From: Chiloscyllium plagiosum
Lineage: Eukaryota
Assembly: GCF_004010195.1 (NCBI RefSeq)
Contig: NC_057720.1
Location: forward strand, 5,801,086-5,865,085
Direction: 5' to 3'
Length of the DNA stretch: 64,000 nucleotides
The translations under genes were made by a program, and so were the position numbers. The notes beneath the pieces are model-generated. The model was not told the origin of the DNA and made no database searches. It worked only from the letters and a program-made list of their open reading frames with translations. Shown here piece by piece: positions 13,069-25,711 of this stretch (positions within the stretch are counted from its first letter, which is position 1; each line of letters begins with the position of its first letter).

Positions 13069-13789
13069 TGGCTTATCATCCAACTCAGTCCCCTGTTCTT
13101 GCTTTCTCCCCATACACTTTGATCCCTTGAACCCTAAGAACTATATCTAACTCCTTTTGAAAATATTCAATACATTTGCCCCGACTGCTTTCCATGGCAG
13201 ACAATCCCTCAGGTTCGTCTCTCTTTAGTTGAGGACATTTCTCCACATCTCAGTCAGAATGGTTCACTCCATACCCTCAGACTAGCACCCTTATTCAATT
13301 GATTCTTATTTTAGATAAAAGTGATACACTAACCACTTATGAGAAAATAAATTTGAGGGTCTTAGGGATGATCAGGTATTCACACTAAATTCTTTCTATT
13401 GTGTAGGAATCCTAAGGAGAAATTTGAAAATGTAAACACAGATTTTGTGATGCAGGCTTATTTTTTGTGGAACTCAATAAATCTGCATTTGCGTACTGCC
13501 AGATCAAATTCTTGTTGCAAGTGCTTCAGCCAAAGGTGATCTCCTGGTGCATAGAACAATGGAGTACTGAACAGGCCCTTTGACCCATTGGGTCTGCAGT
13601 GACTACACCACTCTAAACCTGAACTTGACCCATTTTGCAGCCCTAGCCCATGACCTTGAATGTTGTGACAATTCAGGTGCTCATCCAGGCAATGTTTAAT
13701 GGTTGTGAGGTGACACACCTCAATTACTCTCCCAGGCTATGCATTCCAAAACCCCACCACCCTCTGGCAAAAAATCTTTCTCCTCAAAT

Positions 13790-15135
13790 TCATAGAACAT
13801 AGGACAATACAGCACGATACAGGCCCTTTGGCCCTCGATGTTATGCCAATCTTTTATCCTATCCTAAGATCAAACTAACCGACATACCCTTCATTTTACT
13901 ATCTTCCATATGCCTATCTAAGAGTCGTTTAAATGTCCCTAATATCTCTGCCCCAATACCACTGCTGGCAGTGCATTCCACACACCCAGCACTCTCTGCG
14001 TAAAGAACCAACCTCTGACATCTCCCCGAACCTTCCTCTAATCACCTTAAAATTATGCCCCCTCGTGAAAACCATTTCCACCCTGGGAAAAGGTCTGGCT
14101 ACCACTCTGTCTATGCCTCTCATCATCTTGTACAACGCTATTAAGTCACCTCTCATCCTTCTTCACTCCAATGAGAAAAGCCCTAGCTCTCTAAACCTTT
14201 CTTCATAAGGTGTGCCCTCCAGTCCAGGCAGAATCCTGGGAAATCTCCTCTGCACCCTTTCTAAAGGTTCAACATCCTTCCTATAATGAGGCAACCAGAA
14301 CTGAACACAATATTCCAAGTGTGATCTAACCAGGGCTTTATCATAATTCCCAGGATTATCCCTATTCCCTTTATTGAACAGGGGAATAACATTTGCCACC
14401 CTCCAATCATCTGGCACTACTCCAGTGGACAGTGAGGATGCAAAGATCATCGTCAAAGGTGCAGCAATCTTTTCCCTCGCTTCCTGTAGTAACCTAGGGT
14501 ATGTATCGTCTGGCCCAGGGGACTTATCTATCCTTATGTTTTCCAAGATTTTCAGCACATCCTCCTTAACATTAACCTGTTTGAGCATATCAGCCTGTTT
14601 CACGCTGTCCTCACAAACAACAAGGTTCCTCTCTGTAGTGAATACTGAAGCAAAGTACTCATTAAGAACTTCCCCTACCTCTTCCAATTCCAGGCGCAAG
14701 TTCACTCCACTATCCCTGATTGGCCCTACCCTCACTCTGGCCATCCTCTTGTTCCTCACATAAGTGTAGAATAGCTTGGGATTTTCCCTAATCCTACCCA
14801 TTAAAGCTTTCTCATGCCCCCTTCTAGCTCTCCTAAGTCCATTCTTCAGTTCCTTCCTGGCTACCTTGTAACCCTCTAGAGCCCTGTCTGGTCCTTGCCT
14901 CCTCAAACTTAAATAGTCTTCCTTCTTCCTCTTGACTAGATGTTCCTCATCCATTGTCATCCAAGGTTCCTTCACCCTCCCATCCTCTCCTTACCTCAGT
15001 GGGATAATCCTGTCGGCAAGTGCTTCCTAAACAACCTCCTCACATCTGTTCCCAATTTAGGCACTCCAGTTCCTGCCTAATAGCATTGTAATTCCCCCTC
15101 CCCCAATTAAATACTTTCCTATACCCTCTAAACCT
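13790..15135 (-). mobile_element. CR1 LINE with internal deletion of the RT core
   Basis: ORF 14163-14975 runs EPWMT...KSPGPD...[11 protein letters not shown]...NPGNY, then jumps to [15 protein letters not shown]. Confidence 0.9.
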
Positions 15136-15582
15136 CCTGCATTTCACTTTAAAATTATGCCTGCTCGTTAATGATCCTCTACCCAGTTCTGATGAAAGGC
15201 TGTTGGTTTGAAATGTTAATTTTCCGCTGCTCTCTCCACAGATTATTAGTTGACCTGAGAAGATTGTCCAAGATTCCCGAAACTGCAGTGAATGTCCTTG
15301 TATTATGTGAGAGAGAAATTGAAAACACACTCTCCTGTGTGCTCCCTTCCTTCAGCTTTTAACACACTGTGCCATGCTGATAATGCACTTGTCTATTCCG
15401 CTGCATTTGAAGCCCATCATTTCTACCCAAAGCAGAAATTGCTGGAGAAACTCAGCAAGTCTGCCATGATCTGTGGAAAGAAAACAGAGTTATTATTTCA
15501 GGTCCAGTGAGCCTTCCTCAGAACTGATAGCGGTTAGGAAAAAGGGAAATATGTATTGCTGAAGATGCGGTGGTGGTGGTGG

Positions 15583-16082
15583 NNNNNNNNNNNNNNNNNN
15601 NNNNNNNNNNNNNNNNNNNNNNNNNNNNNNNNNNNNNNNNNNNNNNNNNNNNNNNNNNNNNNNNNNNNNNNNNNNNNNNNNNNNNNNNNNNNNNNNNNNN
15701 NNNNNNNNNNNNNNNNNNNNNNNNNNNNNNNNNNNNNNNNNNNNNNNNNNNNNNNNNNNNNNNNNNNNNNNNNNNNNNNNNNNNNNNNNNNNNNNNNNNN
15801 NNNNNNNNNNNNNNNNNNNNNNNNNNNNNNNNNNNNNNNNNNNNNNNNNNNNNNNNNNNNNNNNNNNNNNNNNNNNNNNNNNNNNNNNNNNNNNNNNNNN
15901 NNNNNNNNNNNNNNNNNNNNNNNNNNNNNNNNNNNNNNNNNNNNNNNNNNNNNNNNNNNNNNNNNNNNNNNNNNNNNNNNNNNNNNNNNNNNNNNNNNNN
16001 NNNNNNNNNNNNNNNNNNNNNNNNNNNNNNNNNNNNNNNNNNNNNNNNNNNNNNNNNNNNNNNNNNNNNNNNNNNNNNNNNN
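15583..16082. other. Assembly gap (500 N); further gaps at 18331-19011, 20732-21323, 60598-61235 and 63399-63524
   Basis: Runs of N; the last four lie inside retroelements and this one abuts a PLE fragment. Confidence 1.
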
Positions 16083-16252
16083 GCAAACACACAGGAGCAC
16101 TGTCACCGTGGACTTTCTCTCCAGGTCACACTGTATCCTGATGTGGACATGCATTGCTGTTAATTGACTGTCTCATAAGACTGAAACCTCGTGATCCTTA
16201 TGTAATATCACTGTGGGATTATGATCGCCTCACAGACTATATGGTCAGTAGG

Positions 16253-16442
16253 CATGATTAGGAGATGTCGGTGTTAGACTGGGGTGGACAAAGTTAAAAA
16301 TCACACAACACCAGGTAATAGTTCAACAGGCTTACGTGGAAGCACTAGCTTTCAGAGTGCTGCTCCTTCATCAGGTGGCTCCGATTGCTAGTGCTTCCAA
16401 ATAAACCTGTTGGACTGTAACCTGTTGTTGTGATTTTTAACC
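16253..16442. mobile_element. PLE family C fold-back mini-element
   Basis: Arms AAAAATCACACAACACCAGG...AGCACTAGC and GCTAGTGCTTCC...TGTGATTTTTAA; TSD ATGGTCAGTAGG at 16241-16252 and 16443-16454. Confidence 0.85.
16343..16377 (-). ncRNA. Minimal hammerhead ribozyme motif (PLE family C)
   Basis: Minus strand CAC-CUGAUGA-A-GGAGCAGCACUCU-GAAA-GCUA^GUG: stem I CAC/GUG, palindromic AGCU helix III; activity not shown. Confidence 0.65.
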
Positions 16443-17072
16443 ATGGTCAGTAGGAGTGTTGTCACTCAAAAATGCCTGGCCTAATATTCCATAAAACCCA
16501 GCATAATATTCTGAGGGGTGCAAATTCTACCACTGCACCTGGTGGAATTCCTGTTTAGTTTTAAAAGTCTTGGAGAGAAAAGCTAGTCTGATGGTGACTG
16601 TGTAACTGCTGTTGATTGTCATATATCGCATCCATCTCATTAACATTCGTTAGGGAGGGAAATCTATCATTCTTACCTGGTCTGTTTCTCCTGTGGTCCA
16701 GATCCACAGCAATGTCTACTGCATTTGCTGCTTACCATATGACAATATGAAATGGGAAGATGAAAAGGCCATTCAGTCCCTCGAGCCTGCTCCACCAATC
16801 AATAGGATCATGACATTCCTCACATCCACTTTCCTGTCTTTTCCCTGTAACCCTTGATTCCCCGACTGATCATGAGTATAGATTAGATTCCCGACAGTGT
16901 GGAAATTTCAGCCTTAAATTTATACAAGTTACTCAGTTAGTAAGGGGATCAAGGCTTGCAGAGACAAGGCAGGAGAGTGATGACAAGAGAAGTATCAGCC
17001 ATGATTGAATGGTGGAACAGACATCAGAGGCTGAATGGTCTAATTGTGCTGATATATCCTATGGTTATCACG

Positions 17073-17197
17073 CCCCAGGCAAGAGAGTTTAAGAAGAGTC
17101 CTTCATGTTAACCTTGGCTGGTGTAAGAAATGTGCCCATATTATTGGCATCACTCTGCATTGCAAGCCAGCTGTCCAGCCAATTGAGCTAACTGACT
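17073..17197 (-). mobile_element. Third tRNA-like SINE family, fragment
   Basis: Minus strand begins GTTAGCTCAATTGGCTGGACAGCTGG; related copies at about 28300-28582 and 29803-29980. Confidence 0.55.
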
Positions 17198-17927
17198 CAT
17201 GGATGTGTGCTATCACGATCAACTCCTAGAGGAAGAAACCAATAAGACCTGGAAAAAAAATGGATTGGAGTATACAGGAAGAGACAGATCAGGATGTGCC
17301 ATTTGCACATTTTCTGGGTTTTCCTTCAGGAATACCATCTGGGCAATTAGGGGTGGACAGTAAATGATGTCCCAGTGAGTAACATACATCCTGTAAACAT
17401 CTGAAATAAAGCTGCAAAATCCGATCACCTTCCTGATGAAAAGATGATCATTAAATTCAAGCCTTGCCTGTGACACCCATACACCAAGAAAAAACTTTGC
17501 TAAAAATGTAATTGACTCAGATTGTTTGAACTATTGCCATTGGCTTTTTCAGACAGCAACAATTCTAATAATTTCTTCTGTAATTGTAAAATAATGCACC
17601 CACACTACATCTGTTCTTGCATTATCACTTCTCTTTTCTTTGTTCAAAGATCCTTTCATTAATTCAGATTTCTTGCTGAACTAATTTTCAAATGCATCTC
17701 AGTATTCAAAAGCCTCCAGTTTCTCTATCTTCGATGTTCAAGGTTCAATATTCAGACTCAAAGAATAGCACTGACAATAACTAAAACGTAGGTACAATAA
17801 TTCTCATCAATAGCTTGATTTCATTGTTTGTCTTGATGACCTCACAGAAGCATTTTTATCTTATTAAATATCTCCTCTACTAATCACCCACTCCTCCAAG
17901 GTCATCATCGAGAATAAAATTAACCCA

Positions 17928-19187
17928 ATGTCGGGGTCGGTTCCTGAGGATTGGAGGGTGGCTAATGTTATACCACTTTTTAAGAAAGGTGGGCGAGAGA
18001 AAGCAGGAAATTATAGACCAGTTAGTCTGACCTCAGTGGTGGGAAAGATGCTGGAGTCTATTATAAAGGATGAGATTACTGCATATCTGGATAGTAGTAA
18101 CAGGATAGGACAGAGTCAGCATGGATTTATGAAGGGGAAATCATGCTTGACTAATCTTCTTGAATTTTTTGAGGATGTAACCATGAAGTTGGACGAGGGA
18201 AATCCAGTAGATGTAGTGTACCTGGACTTTCAGAAAGCTTTTGAAAAAGTCCCACACAGGAGGTTAGTGAGTAAAATTAGGGCGCATGGTATTGGGGGCA
18301 AAGTACTAGATTGGATTGAAAATTGATTGGNNNNNNNNNNNNNNNNNNNNNNNNNNNNNNNNNNNNNNNNNNNNNNNNNNNNNNNNNNNNNNNNNNNNNN
18401 NNNNNNNNNNNNNNNNNNNNNNNNNNNNNNNNNNNNNNNNNNNNNNNNNNNNNNNNNNNNNNNNNNNNNNNNNNNNNNNNNNNNNNNNNNNNNNNNNNNN
18501 NNNNNNNNNNNNNNNNNNNNNNNNNNNNNNNNNNNNNNNNNNNNNNNNNNNNNNNNNNNNNNNNNNNNNNNNNNNNNNNNNNNNNNNNNNNNNNNNNNNN
18601 NNNNNNNNNNNNNNNNNNNNNNNNNNNNNNNNNNNNNNNNNNNNNNNNNNNNNNNNNNNNNNNNNNNNNNNNNNNNNNNNNNNNNNNNNNNNNNNNNNNN
18701 NNNNNNNNNNNNNNNNNNNNNNNNNNNNNNNNNNNNNNNNNNNNNNNNNNNNNNNNNNNNNNNNNNNNNNNNNNNNNNNNNNNNNNNNNNNNNNNNNNNN
18801 NNNNNNNNNNNNNNNNNNNNNNNNNNNNNNNNNNNNNNNNNNNNNNNNNNNNNNNNNNNNNNNNNNNNNNNNNNNNNNNNNNNNNNNNNNNNNNNNNNNN
18901 NNNNNNNNNNNNNNNNNNNNNNNNNNNNNNNNNNNNNNNNNNNNNNNNNNNNNNNNNNNNNNNNNNNNNNNNNNNNNNNNNNNNNNNNNNNNNNNNNNNN
19001 NNNNNNNNNNNCTGGATTCATTTAAGAAAGAGTTGGACAGAGCTCTCAAAGATAGTGGAATCAAGGGTTATGGAGATAAGGCAGGAAGAGGATACTGATT
19101 AGGAATGATCAGCCATGATTATATTGAATGGCAGTGCAGGCTCGAAGGGCTGAATGGCCTATTCCTGCACCTATTGTCTATTGTCTT
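17928..19187 (+). mobile_element. Young 5'-truncated CR1 (RT region, gapped)
   Basis: ORF 17928-18326: [17 protein letters not shown]...NYRPVSLTS...QHGF...SCLTNL...YLDFQKAF; tail CTATTGTCTATTGT. Confidence 0.93.
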
Positions 19188-19424
19188 AGTTTTTTTGCAA
19201 CTAGCTATCTTCTTGAATCTTGCCACCTTCATTATCACTTGCCCCAAAGAAATACAAGGAGCTCAAAGGTTTAGTTGTCATTAAAATTGAAACCATCTGT
19301 TCATTCGTCTCCTCCATCCCTTTCCCGTCACTCTGCCACTGGGCTATAACCTTCCCTATTCTTAGCTGTCTCCCATTTCTTACATCTATGCTGGACCCAA
19401 TTTGCATCATCATTATTCTTGTCA

Positions 19425-22400
19425 CCACCTTCTTGCGGGTGAACCCACTGAAAGCATCTGGTCTGGATCGAGTCCCAGGCTGTGCACTTGGATCCTGTGT
19501 GGTCTAGCTGGTGGGAGTATTCACTGACATCTTTAATCTCTCCTTACTATGATCTGAAGCTTCATCCTCTTCAAGAAACCAACATCATCCTAGTGCCAAT
19601 GAAAAATCATGTAGCTTGCCTCAATGACTACCACCCAGTGCTCTGACCTCCATGATGGGCTTAGATTAGCTCACAGGTCAGCGCAACATCAAGGGCCGAA
19701 GGACCTGCTCTGCGCTGTATTGTTCTATGTTATATGTTCTATAATTTGGAAATGCTTCAAGAGCTTATTCATGGTTCACATCAACTCCAACCTCCCCGCC
19801 TGGCTCGATCCTTTGTATTTCGCCTACTGGTGCAACAGGTCCACAGCAGACACCATTTCCCTGGCCTGGAACATCTGGATAACAAGGATACCTATGTCAG
19901 GTATCATTACAAGGAAACTCCTCTAACCTCTGAGGCCTAGGTCTCTGCTTTCTCTCTGTAACTGGATCCTCAACATCCTGACTTATAGAGTGAGATGAGG
20001 TGACAACACCTTCTCCACCATAATCATAGAGTCATAGAGATGCACAGCATGGAAACAGACCCTTCGGTCCAACCCGTCCAAGACGACCAGATGTCCCAAG
20101 GAATCTAGTCCCACCTGCCAGCACCCGGCCCATATTCCTCCAAACCCTTCCTTTCATATCCCCATCCAAATGCCTCTTAAATGTTGCAATTGTATCAGCC
20201 TCCCCCACTTCCTCTGGCAGCTCATTTCATACACATACCACCCTCTGCGTGAAAAAGTTGCCCCATAGGTCCCTTTATATCTTTCCCCTCTCACCCTAAA
20301 CCTATGCCCTCTAGTTCTGGACTCCCCGACTCCAGGGAAAAGACTTTGCCTGTTTATCCTATCCATGTCCCTAATAATTTTGTAAACCTCTATAAGGTCA
20401 CCCCTCAGCCTCCGATGCTACAGGGAAAACAGCCCCAGCCTGTTCAGCCTCTCCCTATAGCTCAGATCCTCCAACCCTGGCAGCATCCTTGTAAATCTTT
20501 TCTGAAACCCTTTCAAGTTTCCAATATCTTTCCGATAGGAAGAAGACTAGAATTGCACGCAATATTCCAACAATGTCCTGTACAGCCGCACCATGACCTC
20601 CCAACTCCTGTACTCAATAATCTAACCAATAAAGGAAAGCATACCAAACACCTTCTTCACTATCCTATCTACCTGCGACTCCACTTTCAAGGAGCTATGA
20701 ACCTGCACTCCAAGGTCTCTTTGTTCAGCAANNNNNNNNNNNNNNNNNNNNNNNNNNNNNNNNNNNNNNNNNNNNNNNNNNNNNNNNNNNNNNNNNNNNN
20801 NNNNNNNNNNNNNNNNNNNNNNNNNNNNNNNNNNNNNNNNNNNNNNNNNNNNNNNNNNNNNNNNNNNNNNNNNNNNNNNNNNNNNNNNNNNNNNNNNNNN
20901 NNNNNNNNNNNNNNNNNNNNNNNNNNNNNNNNNNNNNNNNNNNNNNNNNNNNNNNNNNNNNNNNNNNNNNNNNNNNNNNNNNNNNNNNNNNNNNNNNNNN
21001 NNNNNNNNNNNNNNNNNNNNNNNNNNNNNNNNNNNNNNNNNNNNNNNNNNNNNNNNNNNNNNNNNNNNNNNNNNNNNNNNNNNNNNNNNNNNNNNNNNNN
21101 NNNNNNNNNNNNNNNNNNNNNNNNNNNNNNNNNNNNNNNNNNNNNNNNNNNNNNNNNNNNNNNNNNNNNNNNNNNNNNNNNNNNNNNNNNNNNNNNNNNN
21201 NNNNNNNNNNNNNNNNNNNNNNNNNNNNNNNNNNNNNNNNNNNNNNNNNNNNNNNNNNNNNNNNNNNNNNNNNNNNNNNNNNNNNNNNNNNNNNNNNNNN
21301 NNNNNNNNNNNNNNNNNNNNNNNTGTGTTTCAAGACATCCAGCACTTCCTCTGTAATCTGGACATTTTGCAAGATGTCACCATCTATTTCCCTACTGTCT
21401 ATATCTTCCATACCCTTTTGCACAGTAAATACTGATGCAAAATATTCATTTAGTATCTCCCCCATTTTCTGTGGCTCCACACAAAGGCCGCCTTGCTGAT
21501 CTTTGAGCGGCCCTATTCTCTCCCTAGGTACCCTTTTGTCCTTAATATATTTGTAAAAACCTTTTGGATTCTCCTTAATTCTATTTGCCAAAGCTATCTC
21601 ATGTCCCCGTTTTACCCTCCTGATTTTCCTTTTAAGTATACTCCTACTTTCTTTATACTCTTCTAAGGATTCACTCGATCTCAACACTTGTGCCCTGCCA
21701 GGCTGCATGCTCAGCCTCCTGCTGTGCTCCTTACAAACTCACGACTGTGGCCAAATTCCACATCAACTCCATTTAGAATATTTGCTGACAGGAATGCCAT
21801 GTAGGTTGGATCTCAAATAATGGGGATCGGACAGAGAAAAGGAAAGAGACTGAGTGCTTAGCAGCGTGTTGTAAAGACAACAATCTCTCCATCAACATCA
21901 GCACAATGAAGGAGCTGGTCATTGACTTCAAGAAGTGGGATGGAGGGGTCATGCCATTGTCTGCATCATTGGAGCTGAGGGGGAGATGGTTGCGAGCATC
22001 AAGTTCCTGGGAGTGATGATTACCAATAATCTGTCCTGGTCTACTTATATCGACATGACTGACAAGAAAGCACAATAACATCTTTACTTTCCTAAGAGGC
22101 TAATGCCCGCAGGACTCTTTCCAATTTTTATTGTTGCACCACGGAAGGCATCCTATCCGGGTGCAACACAGCTCGGTATGGCAACTACTCTGCCCAAGAC
22201 AGTAAGAAACTACAGAGAGTCATGAACATAGCCCAGTCCATCACGCAAACCAGCCTTCCATCCATTGGCACCGTCTACACTTCCCACTGCCTCGGGAAAG
22301 CAACCAACATCATCAATACCCATCCCAACCCGGGTATATTCTCTTCCACCCTCTTCCATTGGGCGGAAGATATAAAAATTTGAATGCATGAATGATCAGA

Positions 22401-22520
22401 TTCCAGAACAGTTTCTTTCCTGCTGTTATCAGACTTTTGAATAAATCTCTCAAATATTAATGTTGATCTCTCTTTCTGCACCTTCTCTGTGGCTGAAACA
22501 CTGTATTATGCACTCTGTTC
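19425..22520 (+). mobile_element. Rex1/Babar LINE remnant, twice interrupted by CR1
   Basis: VNPLKASGLDRVPGCAL...GVFTDIFNLSL; resumes at 21681 with an LNTGAPQGC..SPLL-like motif; KFLGV; 3' UTR ending in CACTCTGTTC. Confidence 0.8.
20026..21680 (-). mobile_element. CR1 (HER1-like) nested in Rex1/Babar, gapped
   Basis: Tail CATAGAGTCATAGAG; ORF2 piece KENPKGFYKYIK...[12 protein letters not shown]. Confidence 0.9.
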
Positions 22521-23962
22521 TATGATCAATGTGATGTCCCATTGTGAATTTGTGATCCCTGCCATCTGTGTGTGTGGCTACTCGGGAGAGCTGGTCGCTG
22601 TGGTTTGTTGTTTGTGGATGCAGATTGCTATTTGTTTGCCTGTTTGTCTTATGTAATGTTTTGTGCAGTCTTTGCATGGAATCCTGTAAGTTACAGCAAG
22701 TTAGGCAGCATCCGAGGAGCAGGAGAATCAATGTTTTGGGCATAAGTCCTTCCTGCTCTTTGGATGCTGCCTGACCTGCTGTGGTTTTCCAGCACCACAC
22801 TCTCAACTCTAATCTCTAGCACCTGAAGTCCTCACTTTCTCCTATCCTGTAAATTACGTTAGTCTTGCACATGATGGGTATAGGGTCTTTTTGTCCTGGT
22901 GAGCTGTTGTCTGAGTGTGGCTGTTGGTTTATGGGCTGTCATCAATCCCAGTGGTTGGAAAAGTCTGGCTGTCAGTTCGGAGTCTTTTTTATATAAGGTA
23001 GCGTGGTTAGTGTGTTAGGTCGTGTTATGTCCTTGTTGCGTTGTTTGTCTATTTGGATCTGTGGATGAAGTTGTGGGGATATCTATAATAATAATATCTT
23101 ATTATTACAGAATAAGACTCTGTAGAGGTGTTCTTCTTCTTCCCTTCATAGATCGGGAGAGCTGCAGAGTGTTGTAGCCCTTTTGAACAGGGTCCGAGTG
23201 CAGCTTCTCTTGTGTGCGTTCGGGTGGATTGCTGTTGTAATGCAGGGCCTGGTTGGTGTGTGTGTCTTTCCTGTGCACTTTCATGGTGCATTCACCGTTC
23301 TGTCTTCTTTGTGCCATCACATCCAAGAATGGGAGTTGTTTGTTGGCTTCCTCGTCTCTTGTAAATCTGATCCCTGTGAGCATGGTATTGATAAGCGGGC
23401 GCATGTTCTCGATTTCTGTTCTCTTAATGACAACAAAAGTGTTGTCTACGTGCCTGATACAGAGTTTGGGTTGGATTTGTGGTAGGGCTGTTTGTTCTGA
23501 TCTTTGCATCACTGCTTCTGCTATGAGCCCAGGGATGGGTGAGCCCATACATGTTCCATTGATCTGTTCATATATTTGGTTGTTGAATGTGAAGTGTGTC
23601 GTCAAGCACAGGTCTAATAGTTGGAGCATACAGTCCTTGTTGATAGGCTTCCCATTGTGTTGTCTGTTCTGAATTTCTAGAGGCATGGCACGCAGCCACG
23701 GATTCCATCAACAAGCGCATTGACCTAGACCCAATAAACCAATCACTACAGCGATCAACTGGAACCAGCAACTGGAAGCAGCAGGAACGGAACTAAATAA
23801 ATTCCAGAAGACGCAGTACAGCAGCACTTCACAGGAGGCACCAAAGCCCTGAGGATGTCAACAAGACAGGGGACGAAACATCTTCAAATCAACTTCCAAG
23901 CTCAGCGAACATACCCACTACCATGACAACCATCACCCGAGCTGCAAATCTTTACAAAACCT
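22520..23962. mobile_element. Penelope-like element family B: RT and GIY-YIG with 5' inversion
   Basis: Minus 23670 to 22520: LLDLCLTTHFTFNNQIYEQINGTCMGSP...RHVDNTF...LPFLDV...KTNVIYRIPCKDC..HYI; plus 23671-23962: EFLEAWH...IDLDP and hammerhead-like CTGAGGA...GGACGAAAC (23849-23879). Confidence 0.9.
22695..22843. mobile_element. PLE family A fold-back mini-element nested in family B
   Basis: Inverted arms of the family A terminus; TSD ATCCTGTAA(G/A)TTAC at 22681-22694 and 22844-22857. Confidence 0.85.
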
Positions 23963-24355
23963 GTTATACCCTTGTCTAGGGCCAGAGAGCATGCTCTCAG
24001 AGTCAGGGATCACACAGTTAAGATGGAGATGAAGAAGAATTTCTTCTTTCAGAGGCTGGTGAATCTATGGAATTCTCTACCACAGAGGGCTGTCCAGACT
24101 GGGTCAGTAAATATATTCAAGGCTGAGATAGATTTTTAATCAGTAATGGTCATGGGGAAATGGCAGGAAAGTGGAGTTGAGGATGATCAGATCAGCCATG
24201 ATCTCATTGACTAGCCGGGCATGTTCAATGGGCTGAATGGCCTACATTTGGTGGTCTTATAGTTTTATGTGACTCTAGACCCACAATAATGTGGCTGACT
24301 CGTAACTGCCTGCTGAACTAACCTCACATTTCAAGGACAGTTGACAAATCTGTTG

Positions 24356-24721
24356 GGCCAACATGGTGTCTCAGTGGTTAGCACTGTTGCATCACAGCAC
24401 CAGGGACCTGGGTTCAATTCCAGTCTCGGGCACCTGTCTGTGTGGACTTTGCACATTCTCCCCATATCTGCATGGGTTTCCTTCGGGTGCTCTGGTTTAC
24501 CCCCACAGTCCAAAGATATGCAGGTTAGGTAAATTAACCATGTTAAATCACCCATAGTGTCCAGGGATGTGTAGGTGAGGTGCAATAATCAGGAGTAAAT
24601 ATAGGATAATATGGGGGGGTGGGGCGCAGAATGGGCCTGGGTGGGTTACCGTTCTGAGGGTCAGTGTTGACTTGTTGGGCCGAAGAGCTTGTTTCCACAC
24701 TATAGGGAATCTATCTATCTA
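24356..24721 (+). mobile_element. HE1-type SINE
   Basis: HE1 head, core and tail; splits a SINE tail (24265-24350 and 24722-24760). Confidence 0.88.
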
Positions 24722-25711
24722 AACTGTTGACCTTGTTAGCAACACCCACACCCCTGAAGAAAGAAAACTGCCTTCTTCCAGTTTGAAACTCCTCTGTTGC
24801 ATTCTCCATTAGTTTATTGTCATTTTCTGGGTTTTCCTATCCAGAACGTTACATTATATGCATCACTATACATTCACCCTTTTGATGCTTCCTCTTCAGA
24901 TCGAAATTCTCAGTGTTGCACATTGCCTCTTGTCTTAAGCCTCATAAAGTAAGGAACAGTATTGTGTAATTTTCTCCCTGTTGCATTGATCTGGCTTTTG
25001 GTTGCATCCCCTGTGTCTGAGTGGATAGATCCACTCACAATATTTATGGATGGTTGGAGGATGGACAGACTTGGAGGCTGTAATTTAATGGCAGGATGGA
25101 TATGACTTGGGCAGACTAATAAAGCTTTGGTGTGATTGCTTGTATTATCTGAAAAAACCCCAGAGAGTAAATTAGAGACTCAGTCCTGAGCAATCCATAA
25201 TTAAGTTGTGTTAATAATAACACCTCTTCAAATTATGGGCAAAGAAACTGAGTTGCAACTACTTATTTTGTCTTCTGTGCTTTGAATTCCTTTGTTTGCC
25301 TCGAGAAGTTAATCCTGCTTATTTTCAACAAATAGAAGACTCCCAATTATACAGTGCTCCCTTTCACAAATGCAGGATATCCCAATGGGTTTTATCGCCG
25401 ACGCAACACTCTTTACAAGCTTTCGATATTTCGTTTAAACAAAGCTACCTTAAAGGTGTTACATAAATGCAATGTATTTCTGTAACATGTGGGGGTGTGG
25501 CAGCCAGCTTTAGCACAGTGAGATCCCACAGAAACCCAGCAACGAGATGAGTAACCTCAGTTGTAGTTTATTTGAATTGTTAAAGCAGTTTTAATTTCAA
25601 CACCTCCTTTACAAACTCACAGGCAGCTGTTCACTGGGAACTGTCTCAGTTGATGGCATAGAAATGGAAATTGCTGGAGAAACTCAGATTGATCTGGCAG
25701 CATGTGAAACC

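Noticed and set aside
16253..16442. Hairpin units as DNA-transposon MITEs or miRNA precursors
   Set aside because: Arms are unequal, TSDs are long and variable, and the sequence matches PLE termini; there is no expression evidence for miRNA.
15493..21708. Long ORFs of 190-350 aa in the ORF track (also 60547-61314 and 63254-63802)
   Set aside because: Their length comes from translating N-gaps; the real flanking residues are retroelement or random sequence.
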